Made by a program: the position numbers and the translations under genes. A stretch of DNA of 64,000 bases. Source: Desulfobacterales bacterium (GTDB taxonomy: Bacteria > Desulfobacterota > Desulfobacteria > Desulfobacterales > UBA5852). Positions 25,326 through 35,670 of the stretch are shown one piece after another. Within the stretch, counting starts at the first letter, position 1, and each line of letters begins with the position of its first letter. The stretch is from the NCBI GenBank assembly GCA_963674755.2, contig CAXXVS010000003.1:160001-224000 (forward strand), in the 5' to 3' direction. Below the pieces are notes generated by a model that was not told the DNA's origin, ran no database searches, and worked only from the letters and a program-made list of their open reading frames with translations.

Positions 25326-26238
25326 ACTTGAAATTGACCACTTGATCCACCGCCCCCCGCATCCGCTCGGCATCCTCCCGGTATTTGCAGATCACATTGA
25401 GGGTAGCAAGGACGGCCTCCCGGTCGAGGGCTTCGATCTGAAGGCTGATCAGGGCCCGGGCCCAGTCCAGGGTTTCGGCGATGCTGGGTTTTTTCTTCAA
25501 GTCGAGCTGCCGGATGCGCACCATGGCGGCCACCATCTGATCGGCCAGGCGGCCGGGCAGCGCCGGCACGCGCCGGCGAACGATCTCCCGTTCGGTGTCC
25601 GGCCCCGGGTAGTCGATGTAGAGGTGCAGACAGCGGCGCTTGAGAGCGTCGCTCATGTCCCGGAAGCTGTTGGAAGTGAGCACCACGAAGGGCAGGTGGA
25701 CGGCCCGGCGGGTGCCCAGCTCGGGAATCGTCACCTGGAAGTCGCTCAAAAGCTCCAGGAGGAAGGCTTCAAACTCCGGGTCGGCCTTGTCGATCTCGTC
25801 CACCAGAAGCACCACCGGGGCCGGAGCCAGGATGGCCTGCAAGAGCGGCCGCGGCAGCAGGAAGCGCTCCGAGAAGAAGGCGTCCGCCTCGGCGGCGATG
25901 CGATCCACGGCGTCAGCCAGGGTGCGGGCGCCGGTCACCACGTCGCCGATCTTGTCGCGCACGATCTGGGTGTAGAGCAGCTGCTTGGCGTACTCCCACT
26001 CGTAGAGGGCCTTGGCCTCATCCAGGCCTTCGTAGCATTGCAAACGGATCAGGTCGCGCCCCATGCTGCGGGCCGCGGCCTTGGCCAGCTCGGTCTTGCC
26101 CACCCCGGCCGGTCCTTCCACCAGAATCGGCTTGTCTGCGGCCGCGGCCAGAAAGACAACCGTGGCGATTTCCGGCGTGCAGACATAGCCGGCCTTTTCC
26201 AGCGCCGCGCGCGTCTGGTCAACGTCACTGAAACTCAT
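25324..26238 (-). CDS. MoxR-family AAA+ ATPase (CoxD-like)
   Basis: GPAGVGKT, LQCYEGLD, LVDEIDKAD, DALKRRC. AGGAG SD before ATG 26238. Confidence 0.9.
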   Translation of the reverse strand: MSFSDVDQTRAALEKAGYVCTPEIATVVFLAAAADKPILVEGPAGVGKTELAKAAARSMGRDLIRLQCYEGLDEAKALYEWEYAKQLLYTQIVRDKIGDVVTGARTLADAVDRIAAEADAFFSERFLLPRPLLQAILAPAPVVLLVDEIDKADPEFEAFLLELLSDFQVTIPELGTRRAVHLPFVVLTSNSFRDMSDALKRRCLHLYIDYPGPDTEREIVRRRVPALPGRLADQMVAAMVRIRQLDLKKKPSIAETLDWARALISLQIEALDREAVLATLNVICKYREDAERMRGAVDQVVNFK

Positions 26239-26433
26239 AAGAATCGGTACTCCTTCCTGGTGCGGCAGACGAATCCGATATCGGCCCGGAGACGCCCGAT
26301 CGGTCCCGGGGCTCAGATCGTACTCATCTATAAAAAGGTATGCTTTAACGGTGACAATCTCAAGGGGAATCTTTACACTAAGATGGCATTGCGGATAACG
26401 ATAGAACACCTGACCAATTGGTGACCACTGAAG

Positions 26434-27117
26434 ATGGAGGCGGATGCCCGGCTCCATTGCGGAAAGGAAATCCCCATCCTCAATCCTGTTATGCCATTGA
26501 CGCGGGAGAGGTTCCAGGCGGGGCTGAAGATTTTGATTGCCCGCGATCGCGACTTGGCACGGGTCGTGGAACGCTGCGGACCGCCCCCTATGTGGGCGCG
26601 CCGACCCAGCTTTGCCACCCTGGTACGCATCATTCTGGAGCAGCAGGTTTCCCTGGCATCGGCCCACGCCGTCTACCAGCGACTGACCCTTGTCGTTTCA
26701 CCCTTTTCAGCCGCGCGTTTCCGCCAAATCGATCCAACCCTGATCCAGCAGGCCGGTTTAACGCGCCAGAAACGCGTCTACTGTTTTCACCTGGCGGAAG
26801 CCATTGCGCAAAAACACCTGTACCTTGGGCGGTTGCAGCGCCTGGCCGATGACGATGTGCGCCAACGGCTGATGCAGGTCAAGGGCATCGGCCGCTGGAC
26901 CGCCGATATCTATCTCCTGATGGCTTTGCGCCGCCCGGATATCTGGCCCCGGGGCGATCTCGCGCTGAAAGCCGCCCTGCAAAAGGTCAAACACCTACCC
27001 GAGCTGCCGACCGACACGGCTTTCGAGGCCATGGGCCGTCCCTGGCGGCCGTGGCGCGCCATCGCGGCCCGCATCCTCTGGCATGCCTACCTGTCCGCGC
27101 GTAACGGGCATACTTAG
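26434..27117 (+). CDS. DNA-3-methyladenine glycosylase II-like (HhH-GPD) protein
   Basis: LVRIILEQQVS, VKGIGRWTA, WPRGDL, WRPWR. Start may be 26491. Confidence 0.88.
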   Translation: MEADARLHCGKEIPILNPVMPLTRERFQAGLKILIARDRDLARVVERCGPPPMWARRPSFATLVRIILEQQVSLASAHAVYQRLTLVVSPFSAARFRQIDPTLIQQAGLTRQKRVYCFHLAEAIAQKHLYLGRLQRLADDDVRQRLMQVKGIGRWTADIYLLMALRRPDIWPRGDLALKAALQKVKHLPELPTDTAFEAMGRPWRPWRAIAARILWHAYLSARNGHT

Positions 27118-27277
27118 CGACGCGCAGCGCAAAGGGCGAAAACAAGAATTACACGAGAAAATTGCCGGCCATACGCCGTATGCGGTGCTCCGGAACAACA
27201 TTGACCCGCCGTGGATCGGCCTTACCCTAAGGAACCTGGCGGCCACCCGCCGGCTAACCAAAGGCCGGGAGCAGATC

Positions 27278-27688
27278 GTGATCATTTTTTTGAAAAGCCG
27301 CTGTATGGTCTGGGGGCTGGCAGCCTTGCTCGGCCTCAGCCTGCCGGCCATGGCCGTTGCGAACCCCCTGGACGACAGGCGCTATATCGGCCCCACCGGC
27401 GAAAAGGGCGAAGAAGCCTACGGCGACGAGGAGCTGACCTTCTACGACGGCAAGCTCTACTCGGTGGACTGCGCGCGCTGGGGGTTTGGCGAAGGCATCG
27501 TGACGACCCGTACCGCAGACGACGGCATCCATTTCACGGCCGAAACCCGCAGCGAAAAATACGGCAAGATCGTCTGGGAAGGCGTCGTCCGGGGGGACCG
27601 GATCGAGGCCGTCTATACCTGGCGCAAACAGGGCTGGTTCGTGGAAACCGTCCGGGAATACTGGTTCAAGGGGACACGACAGCCCTAA
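27278..27688 (+). CDS. hypothetical secreted beta-rich protein
   Basis: Signal-like GLAALLGLSLPAMA; GTG start after GGGAG; high GC3. Confidence 0.7.
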   Translation: MIIFLKSRCMVWGLAALLGLSLPAMAVANPLDDRRYIGPTGEKGEEAYGDEELTFYDGKLYSVDCARWGFGEGIVTTRTADDGIHFTAETRSEKYGKIVWEGVVRGDRIEAVYTWRKQGWFVETVREYWFKGTRQP

Positions 27689-27770
27689 TAATTGGTGCAT
27701 CTCCTTCCTTAGTGTAAACCTCTGATCGGATCCATAAGCAGAAGGGGATTTCGTTTGGCAATAATCCCCG

Positions 27771-29645
27771 TCAGAGGGCCTTGATGACAATCAGGGTCAT
27801 ATCGTCCTCCCTGGGAAGATCGCCCCGGAACCGATCTACAGCCGACACGATGCGATCCCGGATCCGGGCTGCGGAATCGGCGGCGTGATCCTTTACGATG
27901 GCCTTCAGCCGCTCCTTGCCGAAAAACCGCCCCTCCCCGTCATGGGCTTCCCAGATGCCGTCGGTAAAGAGCAGCAGAAGGGTGCCGGCATGTTCGACGG
28001 TCATTTCCTGTTGACGGTAGGCATAATCCTCCTCGACGCCGAGAACGAGTCCCGGGCCGTCGAGTTCTTGGAAGGCGCCGCTGACGGGATCGTAGAGCAG
28101 CGCCGGGTCGTGCCCCGCCCGGACCCAGACGACGTTGCGGGAGCCGACCTCGATTTCCAGAAAAAACAAACTCATGAAATTGCCGGAATGCCGCGTGTCG
28201 GCCGTCAGCAGGCGGTTGACCCGGCTGATGCGCCGGGCCAGCGCCTCGGGCTGGTCCGCTTCCGCCCGCACAAAGGCACGGGCCGTGGCCATCAGCAGCG
28301 CCGCCCCGATGCCATGGCCGGTCACGTCGCCCACCACGAAACCGTAGCGCGCGCATTCACTATCGCCGCAGGGAAAATAATCAAAATAATCGCCCCCGGT
28401 TTCGTCGCTGTAGACGCTCCGGGCCGCCACCGCAAATCCGGGAATTTCGGGCTCGCCGGACGGCAGAAGCGTTTGTTGAATCTCATGGGCCACGTCCAGG
28501 GCCTTGCGGATCCGCATGCGATCCTCCAGTTGGGGGACCATCTCGTTGAACGCCCGGGCCACCTGCTCCCGCTCGTCGCCATCCCCCAGGGGCATGCGGA
28601 AGGCGAAGTCCCCGCGACCCAACCGCTCCACCGCCTGCACCATGTCCTGGAACCAGGCCGTCAAGGCCTTGGACCGCCACACCCCGATCGCCACCAGGAC
28701 CAGGATGACGAACAATGAGGCCACCACGGTGTCGATCCACTGCCAGCGGGCAAAGGCCAGAACGTCCCGGGCCACATCCACCACCATGCCGGGCGTAATG
28801 TTCAGAATCATCAGCCGGGGCGACACCGGGGCGAAGGCCCACAGGGCCTTTTGGCCCTTCCAGGGGATTTCCAGAAACCCCGTTTCCCCCCGAACCATCC
28901 GCTTCCCGATCTGGTGCAGTCGTTGCAGATCGGGCAGCAGGGCGGTTTCGGACATATCGACCGGGCGCCACTGACCGCGATTTTCCAGGGTATCCCGTAC
29001 GGCAAAAACCGCCAGTTGCGGCGCATCAGTGCCCGGAGAGTTGACCGCCAGCAGAAAGGAATGCATGCGAAGGGACCAGCGGGAATTGAGCATGCAGGCG
29101 GCCAGCAATTTGGAAAGGGCGATGTCCGCGCTCACCCACCGGGTACGATGGGCGTTTTCACCCGGCTGCGGTACGGAGAGGCTTACCGCCATCTCGGATG
29201 ATCCGGGCCGAAGATAGGGCTTCCCCCAGATCGGGTGCGGCGCGGCCGGCGCGACACCGTCATCCTCCGGCGCCTCGGGGAGAGTCTTCTCCTCGATACG
29301 CAAAGATCCGGGAAGAATAAAGGCGGCCGAACCGTGAAATTCGCCGGCCGGCGTGACGGTGAAGGCCGGGATGGCCTTTGACGAAGGCACCGGCGCCGGA
29401 AAAAGCGGTGGCATCCGGGTAAGCGCCGTTTGGATATCTTTCAACTTTATGGCAAGTATCCGGGCGGAGGCGGCCGTGGTCTGGGTGAGTTCGGCGCCGG
29501 CACTCTGGGTGAGGATGTTGTCCATGAGTTCGGATATGGTGGCGCCCAGTCGCAGCGTTCCCACCTGGCTCAGGGTGATGACCGCCAGGAGCGGGACAAT
29601 ACTGAAAACCAGAACGACGATCAAAAATTTCCAGCGAATGCTCAT
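27771..29645 (-). CDS. membrane sensor with HAMP and SpoIIE/PP2C phosphatase domains
   Basis: Two TM helices, HAMP (VARAFNEM), GGDYFD, GDVTGHG, FTDGI, DDMT. Confidence 0.9.
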   Translation of the reverse strand: MSIRWKFLIVVLVFSIVPLLAVITLSQVGTLRLGATISELMDNILTQSAGAELTQTTAASARILAIKLKDIQTALTRMPPLFPAPVPSSKAIPAFTVTPAGEFHGSAAFILPGSLRIEEKTLPEAPEDDGVAPAAPHPIWGKPYLRPGSSEMAVSLSVPQPGENAHRTRWVSADIALSKLLAACMLNSRWSLRMHSFLLAVNSPGTDAPQLAVFAVRDTLENRGQWRPVDMSETALLPDLQRLHQIGKRMVRGETGFLEIPWKGQKALWAFAPVSPRLMILNITPGMVVDVARDVLAFARWQWIDTVVASLFVILVLVAIGVWRSKALTAWFQDMVQAVERLGRGDFAFRMPLGDGDEREQVARAFNEMVPQLEDRMRIRKALDVAHEIQQTLLPSGEPEIPGFAVAARSVYSDETGGDYFDYFPCGDSECARYGFVVGDVTGHGIGAALLMATARAFVRAEADQPEALARRISRVNRLLTADTRHSGNFMSLFFLEIEVGSRNVVWVRAGHDPALLYDPVSGAFQELDGPGLVLGVEEDYAYRQQEMTVEHAGTLLLLFTDGIWEAHDGEGRFFGKERLKAIVKDHAADSAARIRDRIVSAVDRFRGDLPREDDMTLIVIKAL

Positions 29646-30080
29646 GGTTGCTTCCCTTGTGCCCATCGTTTTGCAGCGCACCCCGGGTGAACGCCGGAAG
29701 GATCCTTCCAAAATGGACGCAAAATGTCTGTTTGACAAGCATAGGAACGTGAAACAAGCGCAAGCGCGCCCTTTCGATCAGAAGCCGCCTATCGACCGAC
29801 GGAAGAAACACCTTGCGAAAATTCCGCCCAACCGATGCTGGCGCCCGGGAAGCGATTTCGCTTGCGGCGCCCGGGACATGGAAAGTGTTTAGCCGCTCGG
29901 CCGCAGCGCGAAGACAAGGCTGTCGAGGATCAAGTCTTGACCGCGCCCGGTCGGGTTCTATATAGGATCAGGCGCATCCTCACGCTCCGCGCGACATCCG
30001 GCCGCCCGACGCCGGCCGTCGGGCACAACCGTTGGCCCATGGAAAAGGGGGGTACGCCCCGGATCCATCGGCGGGATCCC

Positions 30081-31385
30081 ATGACCCGTAACGATTCCCA
30101 ACCCCATTCCCCTGTTGGCCTGGCCTGGATGATCTGGGGCATCGGCGCCCTGTTCTATCTGATAGCCTTTTTCCAGCGCGTCGCCCCGGCGGTCATGACC
30201 GACGCCCTGATGCGGGAATTTCAGATCGGGGCGGCCACCCTGGGAAACCTCTCCGCGCTTTATTTTTACAGCTATGTGGCCATGCAGATCCCCACGGGCA
30301 TCATTGCGGATCGCTGGGGACCCCGCCGGCTCTTGAGTTCCGGGGCGCTGGTGGCCGGCATCGGGACCCTGCTGTTCGCCCTGGCCCCGGGCATGCTGCT
30401 GGTGGGCACCGGGCGCTTTCTGGTCGGCGGTTCGGTGGCGGTGGCCTTTGTGGGCCTTTTGCAGCTTTCCAACAACTGGTTCCCTCCCCGCACCTATTCC
30501 CTGGCCGCCGGCATGGCCCTTTTCGTCGGCATTATCGGGGCCACCTGCGCCGGCCCCCCCTTGCGGCTGATGGTGGAAGCGTATGGCTGGCGCAGCACCA
30601 TCCTGGCATCCAGCCTTGTGACCTTTGCCATTGCCGCGGCCATTTGGCTCGTGGTGCGGGATTATCCCCACGAAAAAGGCTTTGCCGACTGGCGTGTGCG
30701 CGATGAAAAACTGGCGCGGGGCAAGCGCTTGACGGTGATGGCCGGCCTGGGTCAGGTGCTGCGCTACCGCAACACCGGCCTGCTCTTTCTGGCCCCGGGC
30801 GGTGTGGTGGGACCGGTGCTGACCTTCTCCGGTCTATGGGGCGTGCCCTATCTGACGACCCACCGCGACCTGAATCCCGCCCAGGCCGCCATGCTGACCA
30901 CGACCCTGCTGGTGGCCTGGGCCATCGGGGGCCCCTTTTTCGGCTGGCTCTCGGATCACACCGGTCGTCGCAAGAGCGTCTATATTGTGGGCTGCGCCGT
31001 AAGTCTGGCGGGGTGGATGGTCGCCTTCTACGCCGGCCATCTTCCGCTGGCCGCCCTGGTTGCGGTGCTGGTGATCACGGGATTCAGCTCCGGCTGTATG
31101 ATCATCAGCTTCGCTTTCGTAAAAGAGTCGGTGCCGGCGGCCCTTTCAGGCACCGCCACCGGTGTGGTCAACATGGGCGTGATGTCGGGTCCCATGCTGC
31201 TCCAGCCCCTCGTGGGCTGGGTGCTCGACCTGCGCTGGAGCGGGACCCTGGCACAGGGCATTCGCATCTACAGCCAGGCGGACTACCAGGCGGGCTTCGC
31301 CCTGATGATCGCCTGGACCGTGCTGGCGCTGGTCTTGCTCTGTTTTACCCGTGAAACCCACTGTCGTCCCCTGGATGCCGCATGA
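30081..31385 (+). CDS. MFS transporter
   Basis: About 12 TM helices; GIIADRWGPRR and GWLSDHTGRRK motifs. Confidence 0.9.
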   Translation: MTRNDSQPHSPVGLAWMIWGIGALFYLIAFFQRVAPAVMTDALMREFQIGAATLGNLSALYFYSYVAMQIPTGIIADRWGPRRLLSSGALVAGIGTLLFALAPGMLLVGTGRFLVGGSVAVAFVGLLQLSNNWFPPRTYSLAAGMALFVGIIGATCAGPPLRLMVEAYGWRSTILASSLVTFAIAAAIWLVVRDYPHEKGFADWRVRDEKLARGKRLTVMAGLGQVLRYRNTGLLFLAPGGVVGPVLTFSGLWGVPYLTTHRDLNPAQAAMLTTTLLVAWAIGGPFFGWLSDHTGRRKSVYIVGCAVSLAGWMVAFYAGHLPLAALVAVLVITGFSSGCMIISFAFVKESVPAALSGTATGVVNMGVMSGPMLLQPLVGWVLDLRWSGTLAQGIRIYSQADYQAGFALMIAWTVLALVLLCFTRETHCRPLDAA

Positions 31386-31575
31386 CGCTCAGGGAACGTC
31401 CCCTACCATCGGCGGCCGATCGTGCCGGCCGCTCCCTCAGAGCTGTTTTCTGTCCACGCGATTTTGCGCCTTTTCCCGGTATCGCCGATGCTTCCCGCTT
31501 TCAGCAAGCCTGGGAGAAAAATCCCATAGTTGATAGTGCGCTAAAAAAGCCTATGTTGTCGCGGGAGGATTGCCA

Positions 31576-32895
31576 ATGACCAACACTGAAACGTCTTATG
31601 CCATCATCGGAGGCGGTCCGGCCGGACTGGCCGTGGCCCGCAACCTGGACAAACTGGGGATCCCCTTCGTGGGTTTCGAGGCCGGCCCCACCGTGGGCGG
31701 CCTGTGGAATATCGACAACCCGCGCAGCACCATGTACCGCTCGGCGCACCTGATCTCCTCCAAACGCATGACGGAGTTCAAGGAATTCCCCATGGAGGAC
31801 CGGGTGGCCGACTACCCCCACCACACCGAGGTATTTCGCTATTTCAGGGCCTACGCCGAACGCTTCGGCTTGAACGCCCGCTACGAATTCGAAACCGAGG
31901 TCACAGCGGTGGAACCCCTCGACGACGCGCCGGACCAGGGATGGCAGGTGACCACCCGCTCCCTAAAAAACGGCGGCGGCCTTCGGACGCGGCCCTTTCG
32001 GGGCGTGGTGATCGCCAACGGGGCTCTGTCCGAGCCTAACCGGCCCCGCTTCGAAGGCACCTTCAGCGGCCGCCTGATGCACGCCGCGGAATACAAGACG
32101 CCTGCCATCTTCGAGGACAAACGGGTTTTGATCGTCGGCGCCGGCAACAGCGGCTGCGACATCGTGGTGGATGCCGTGCACCGGGCGCGCTTTGTCGGAT
32201 TGAGCGTACGCCGGGGCTACCACTTCGTTCCCAAATACGTCTTCGGTCGCCCGGCGGATACGGTGGGCGGACGCATCAAACTGCCCTTTCCACTGAAGCA
32301 GCGCTTGGACAAACTCCTCCTGCGCTGCTTCATCGGCAACCCCCAACGCTTCGGCTTTCCGCGCCCCGACCATGACCTGTACGAGTCCCACCCCGTCGTC
32401 AACTCCCTGGTGTTGCACCACCTCGGGCACGGCGATATCACCTTGTTCAAGGACGTGGCCCGGCTGGACGGCGATACGGTCGTCTTTCGGGACGGCACCC
32501 GCCAGGCCTTCGATCTGGTGCTGACCGCCACGGGCTACAAGCTGCACTACCCCTTTATCGACCGACGCTACCTCAACTGGCGGGGCGCGGCACCCCACCT
32601 CTACCTGAATGCCTTTCATCCCGACGATGACAATCTCTTTATGGCGGGTCTGGTGGAGGCGGCCGGCCTGGGCTGGGAAGGGCGCAACGAACAGGCCGAG
32701 CTGATCGCACGCTACATCAAAGGCATCAATGAGCAAACACCGGCCGCCCTGGCTTTCCGCCGGCTGAAGCGCGGCGCCTTTCCGGACATGCGCGGCGGGG
32801 TTCGCTATCTCAAGCTCGACCGCATGGCCTACTATGTCCATAAAGACACCTACCGGGCTGCCGTCCGCCGCCACATCCGCGACCTGCAATCCTGA
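31576..32895 (+). CDS. flavin-containing monooxygenase (FMO family)
   Basis: GGGPAG, FMO fingerprint FSGRLMHAAEY, GAGNSG, ATGY. Confidence 0.88.
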   Translation: MTNTETSYAIIGGGPAGLAVARNLDKLGIPFVGFEAGPTVGGLWNIDNPRSTMYRSAHLISSKRMTEFKEFPMEDRVADYPHHTEVFRYFRAYAERFGLNARYEFETEVTAVEPLDDAPDQGWQVTTRSLKNGGGLRTRPFRGVVIANGALSEPNRPRFEGTFSGRLMHAAEYKTPAIFEDKRVLIVGAGNSGCDIVVDAVHRARFVGLSVRRGYHFVPKYVFGRPADTVGGRIKLPFPLKQRLDKLLLRCFIGNPQRFGFPRPDHDLYESHPVVNSLVLHHLGHGDITLFKDVARLDGDTVVFRDGTRQAFDLVLTATGYKLHYPFIDRRYLNWRGAAPHLYLNAFHPDDDNLFMAGLVEAAGLGWEGRNEQAELIARYIKGINEQTPAALAFRRLKRGAFPDMRGGVRYLKLDRMAYYVHKDTYRAAVRRHIRDLQS

Positions 32896-33191
32896 GCGAA
32901 AAACAGTTGCAAATTTTTCCGGGCCTGCTATTATGGTCTTATGCTCAATACTTGCATGTCGTCTTGAGCGCTTGGCATCTCTCCTCCAGACGCGGCATCG
33001 GTCGCCGATTTGGCACCTATGCCGCGTTCCTATCTTCAGGCCGGCCCCCGAAGCCCTTCGTCGAAGGCGCGTGACAGTGACGGACAAACCCGTTATGGTA
33101 GCCCGTTCTTGAAATTGAAAAGAGGCGCCCCGGCGGGGCACCCGCCGGAGCAAGCTGGAAACCGCCTATTGACGCAGGAAGGGAGACACAC

Positions 33192-34691
33192 ATGGGAAGA
33201 TTCGAAGAATACGATCGCCACGACGCCCTGGGATTGGCCGAATGCGTCCGTCGGGGCGACGTCACGGCCGGAGAGCTCTGTGAAGAAGTCATTCAGCGCA
33301 TCGAAAAGATCAATCCGCAGCTCAATGCCGTGATTACCCCCATGTTCGAGATTGCCCGCGAAACCGGGCGCCAACCGCCGGCGGAGGGACCGTTCGCCGG
33401 GGTGCCGTTTCTGCTCAAAGACCTGCTGCTGGCCTATCGCGGGGTACCCATGGCCAGCGGCTGCCGGGTCTATCGCGATTATAAGCCGGACTATGACAGC
33501 ACCATGGTGGCCCGCTACAAACAGGCCGGCTTGAATATTCTCGGCAAGACGAACGCGCCCGAGTTCGGGTTGATGGGCATCACCGAACCGGAGGCCTTCG
33601 GCCCCTGCCGCAATCCCTGGAACACGAACCATACGCCCGGCGGCTCCAGCGGGGGCAGCGCCGCGGCCGTTGCGGCCGGCATGCTCCCCATGGCCGCCGG
33701 GGGCGACGGGGGCGGCAGCATCCGCATTCCGGCGGCCTACTGCGGCCTTTTCGGCCTGAAGCCCTCCCGGGGGCGCAATCCCAGCGGACCCCACCACGGC
33801 CGGGTCTGGCAGGGGGCGGTGCAGGAGCATGTGATTTCCCGCTCGGTGCGCGACAGCGCCGCGGCGCTGGATGCCACCCAGGGCGCCGATACGGGAGCCC
33901 CATACGAGATTCGCCGGCCGGCCCGACCCTATCTGGAAGAAGTTGGGCAGGACCCCGGCAAGCTGAAGATCGGCTTTACCACCACCTCCCCCATCGGCAC
34001 CCCGGTCCACCCGGACTGCGCGGAGGCCGTGACGGCAACGGCCCGTCTGCTGGAAGAACTGGGCCACCGGGTGGAGGAAACGGAAACCGGCGTCGACGGC
34101 CAGGCCCTGGCCAACAGCTACCTGGCCCTCTATTTCGGTGAAATGGCGGCCGATCTGGAAGAAATGCGGACCTACCTCGGACGCAAAGTGACGCCCCGCG
34201 ACGTGGAACCCCTGACCTACATGCTGGCCTTGTTGGGTCAAAGCTATTCATCCGGGTCGTTTGTGCAGGCCATGCGCTGCTGGGATACTGCCGCCCGGCA
34301 AATGGGCCGCTTTTTTGAATCCTACGATCTTTTCCTGACGCCAACCACGGCTTTCCCGCCCGCCGAAATCGGCACCTTGCAGCCCTCTGGAGCGGAAAAA
34401 ACGCTAATGACCGTCGTCAACAAGCTGGGGCTGGGCGGCCTGCTCAAAGCCTCGGGCATTGTGGATCAACTGGCCCGGAAAAGCCTGGAGCGTACGCCCT
34501 TCACCCAGTTGGCTAACCTGACCGGTCTTCCTGCCATGTCGGTGCCCCTTTTCTGGAGCGACGACAACCTGCCCTGCGGCTCCCATTTTATGGCGCCCTT
34601 CGGCGAGGAAGCCCGTCTGTTCCGGCTGGCCGCCCAACTGGAACAGGCCCGGCCCTGGTTCGATAAACGACCGGCCGTTTGGGCCGGCTGA
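33192..34691 (+). CDS. amidase (amidase signature family)
   Basis: [32 protein letters not shown]. Confidence 0.92.
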   Translation: MGRFEEYDRHDALGLAECVRRGDVTAGELCEEVIQRIEKINPQLNAVITPMFEIARETGRQPPAEGPFAGVPFLLKDLLLAYRGVPMASGCRVYRDYKPDYDSTMVARYKQAGLNILGKTNAPEFGLMGITEPEAFGPCRNPWNTNHTPGGSSGGSAAAVAAGMLPMAAGGDGGGSIRIPAAYCGLFGLKPSRGRNPSGPHHGRVWQGAVQEHVISRSVRDSAAALDATQGADTGAPYEIRRPARPYLEEVGQDPGKLKIGFTTTSPIGTPVHPDCAEAVTATARLLEELGHRVEETETGVDGQALANSYLALYFGEMAADLEEMRTYLGRKVTPRDVEPLTYMLALLGQSYSSGSFVQAMRCWDTAARQMGRFFESYDLFLTPTTAFPPAEIGTLQPSGAEKTLMTVVNKLGLGGLLKASGIVDQLARKSLERTPFTQLANLTGLPAMSVPLFWSDDNLPCGSHFMAPFGEEARLFRLAAQLEQARPWFDKRPAVWAG

Positions 34692-34734
34692 GGCCCGCTG
34701 GCCGCCGTCCTCATTATCCGCTAACACACATTCG

Positions 34735-34771
34735 GTTGAATCCCCTTTGCGCGAAGACAAGGGGATTCAAC
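34735..34771. terminator. hairpin downstream of the amidase gene
   Basis: GTTGAATCCCCTT...AAGGGGATTCAAC inverted repeat. Confidence 0.5.
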
Positions 34772-34844
34772 ATACCCTGCGGCGCCCGGGCCCCCAATTC
34801 ACACAGGCTCGGTGTACCCTCCCAGCGGTCACGCCCTTTCGGCA

Positions 34845-34995
34845 CCTTTCAGCATCGGCGGGACGGACGGATTAAAGCACGCGGACTGCTTGTCCGCCGA
34901 AGGCTTGCCGCAGGCGGGACGGAATACGAGCGTTTGAAGCCTGTCACGCCGAGGCGTGATTGCTTTCATTTTCTTGCACGTGCAAGAAAATGAAG
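34845..34995 (+). repeat. repeat family 1, degenerate copy F
   Basis: AGCATCGGCG...GGATTAAAGCACGCGGACTG...GAAGCCTGTCACGCCGAGGCGTGATTG...TTTTCTTGCACGTGCAAGAAAA. Confidence 0.8.
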
Positions 34996-35090
34996 AATCC
35001 GCTTGCAAAAACGCTCCCCGGATCGGTCGAACCTCTCCGGGTCCTCCACCAGAGGTGAACGGTTTAGATCAAAACTGAAGAGGGATTGAT

Positions 35091-35570
35091 ATGCACCGCT
35101 ATTTTCTGCGCCACGCCGTACGTTGCCCATTCAACCGAAGCATTCTGCCTCTGACTGCCGCGGCTCTGATTTTTTTCGCCGCCTGCACACCTCGGCCCCC
35201 AACCGCCGCCTTCGACCCCCGAACCTGCCTGGACATCATTCCGGAGCATGTGGACGGTCTTCAAATTCTGGCCGGCCCGCGATCTGTCCGCAATATCATC
35301 CGGGACATGGTGCCGCCGGTCTGCAGCGGCCGCGCGCTTTTTCGGTCCATGCAGGCCCGGGACCCGGGACTCGGCCCCGGCATGGTGGTCTTCCGTGTGG
35401 CGGTAGAATACACCGGCGAGGTCGCGGCCGTGTCGGTAGTGGAAACCACCATCGGATCGGACGCCTTTCTGCGAAAACTGCGCGACTTCATCATGGATGC
35501 GGATTTCACCCCCTGGGCCCGCAGCGACGAAGACAGCCTTTTCATCTATCCGGTCCGCTTCGGTCCTTGA
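35091..35570 (+). CDS. putative lipoprotein with TonB-C/AgmX-PglI C-terminal-like domain
   Basis: Lipobox FAAC; RDPGLGPGMVVFRVAVEYTGEV...FIYPVRF pattern. Confidence 0.6.
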   Translation: MHRYFLRHAVRCPFNRSILPLTAAALIFFAACTPRPPTAAFDPRTCLDIIPEHVDGLQILAGPRSVRNIIRDMVPPVCSGRALFRSMQARDPGLGPGMVVFRVAVEYTGEVAAVSVVETTIGSDAFLRKLRDFIMDADFTPWARSDEDSLFIYPVRFGP

Positions 35571-35605
35571 GACTGCCGGTCGTCTTCTCATCCAGGGACA
35601 ATAAA

Positions 35606-35635
35606 AGAGGAGGCGCGTGTTGACACACCTCCTCT
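35606..35635. terminator. hairpin between convergent genes
   Basis: AGAGGAGG...CCTCCTCT. Confidence 0.55.
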
Positions 35636-35670
35636 CAATCAATCCTTCCGTTCCCGGTCGATCCGGCAGT

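Noticed and set aside
33011..33026. Sigma54 promoter before the amidase gene
   Set aside because: TGGCAC is present but the -12 element is CCGC rather than TTGC; too weak to call.
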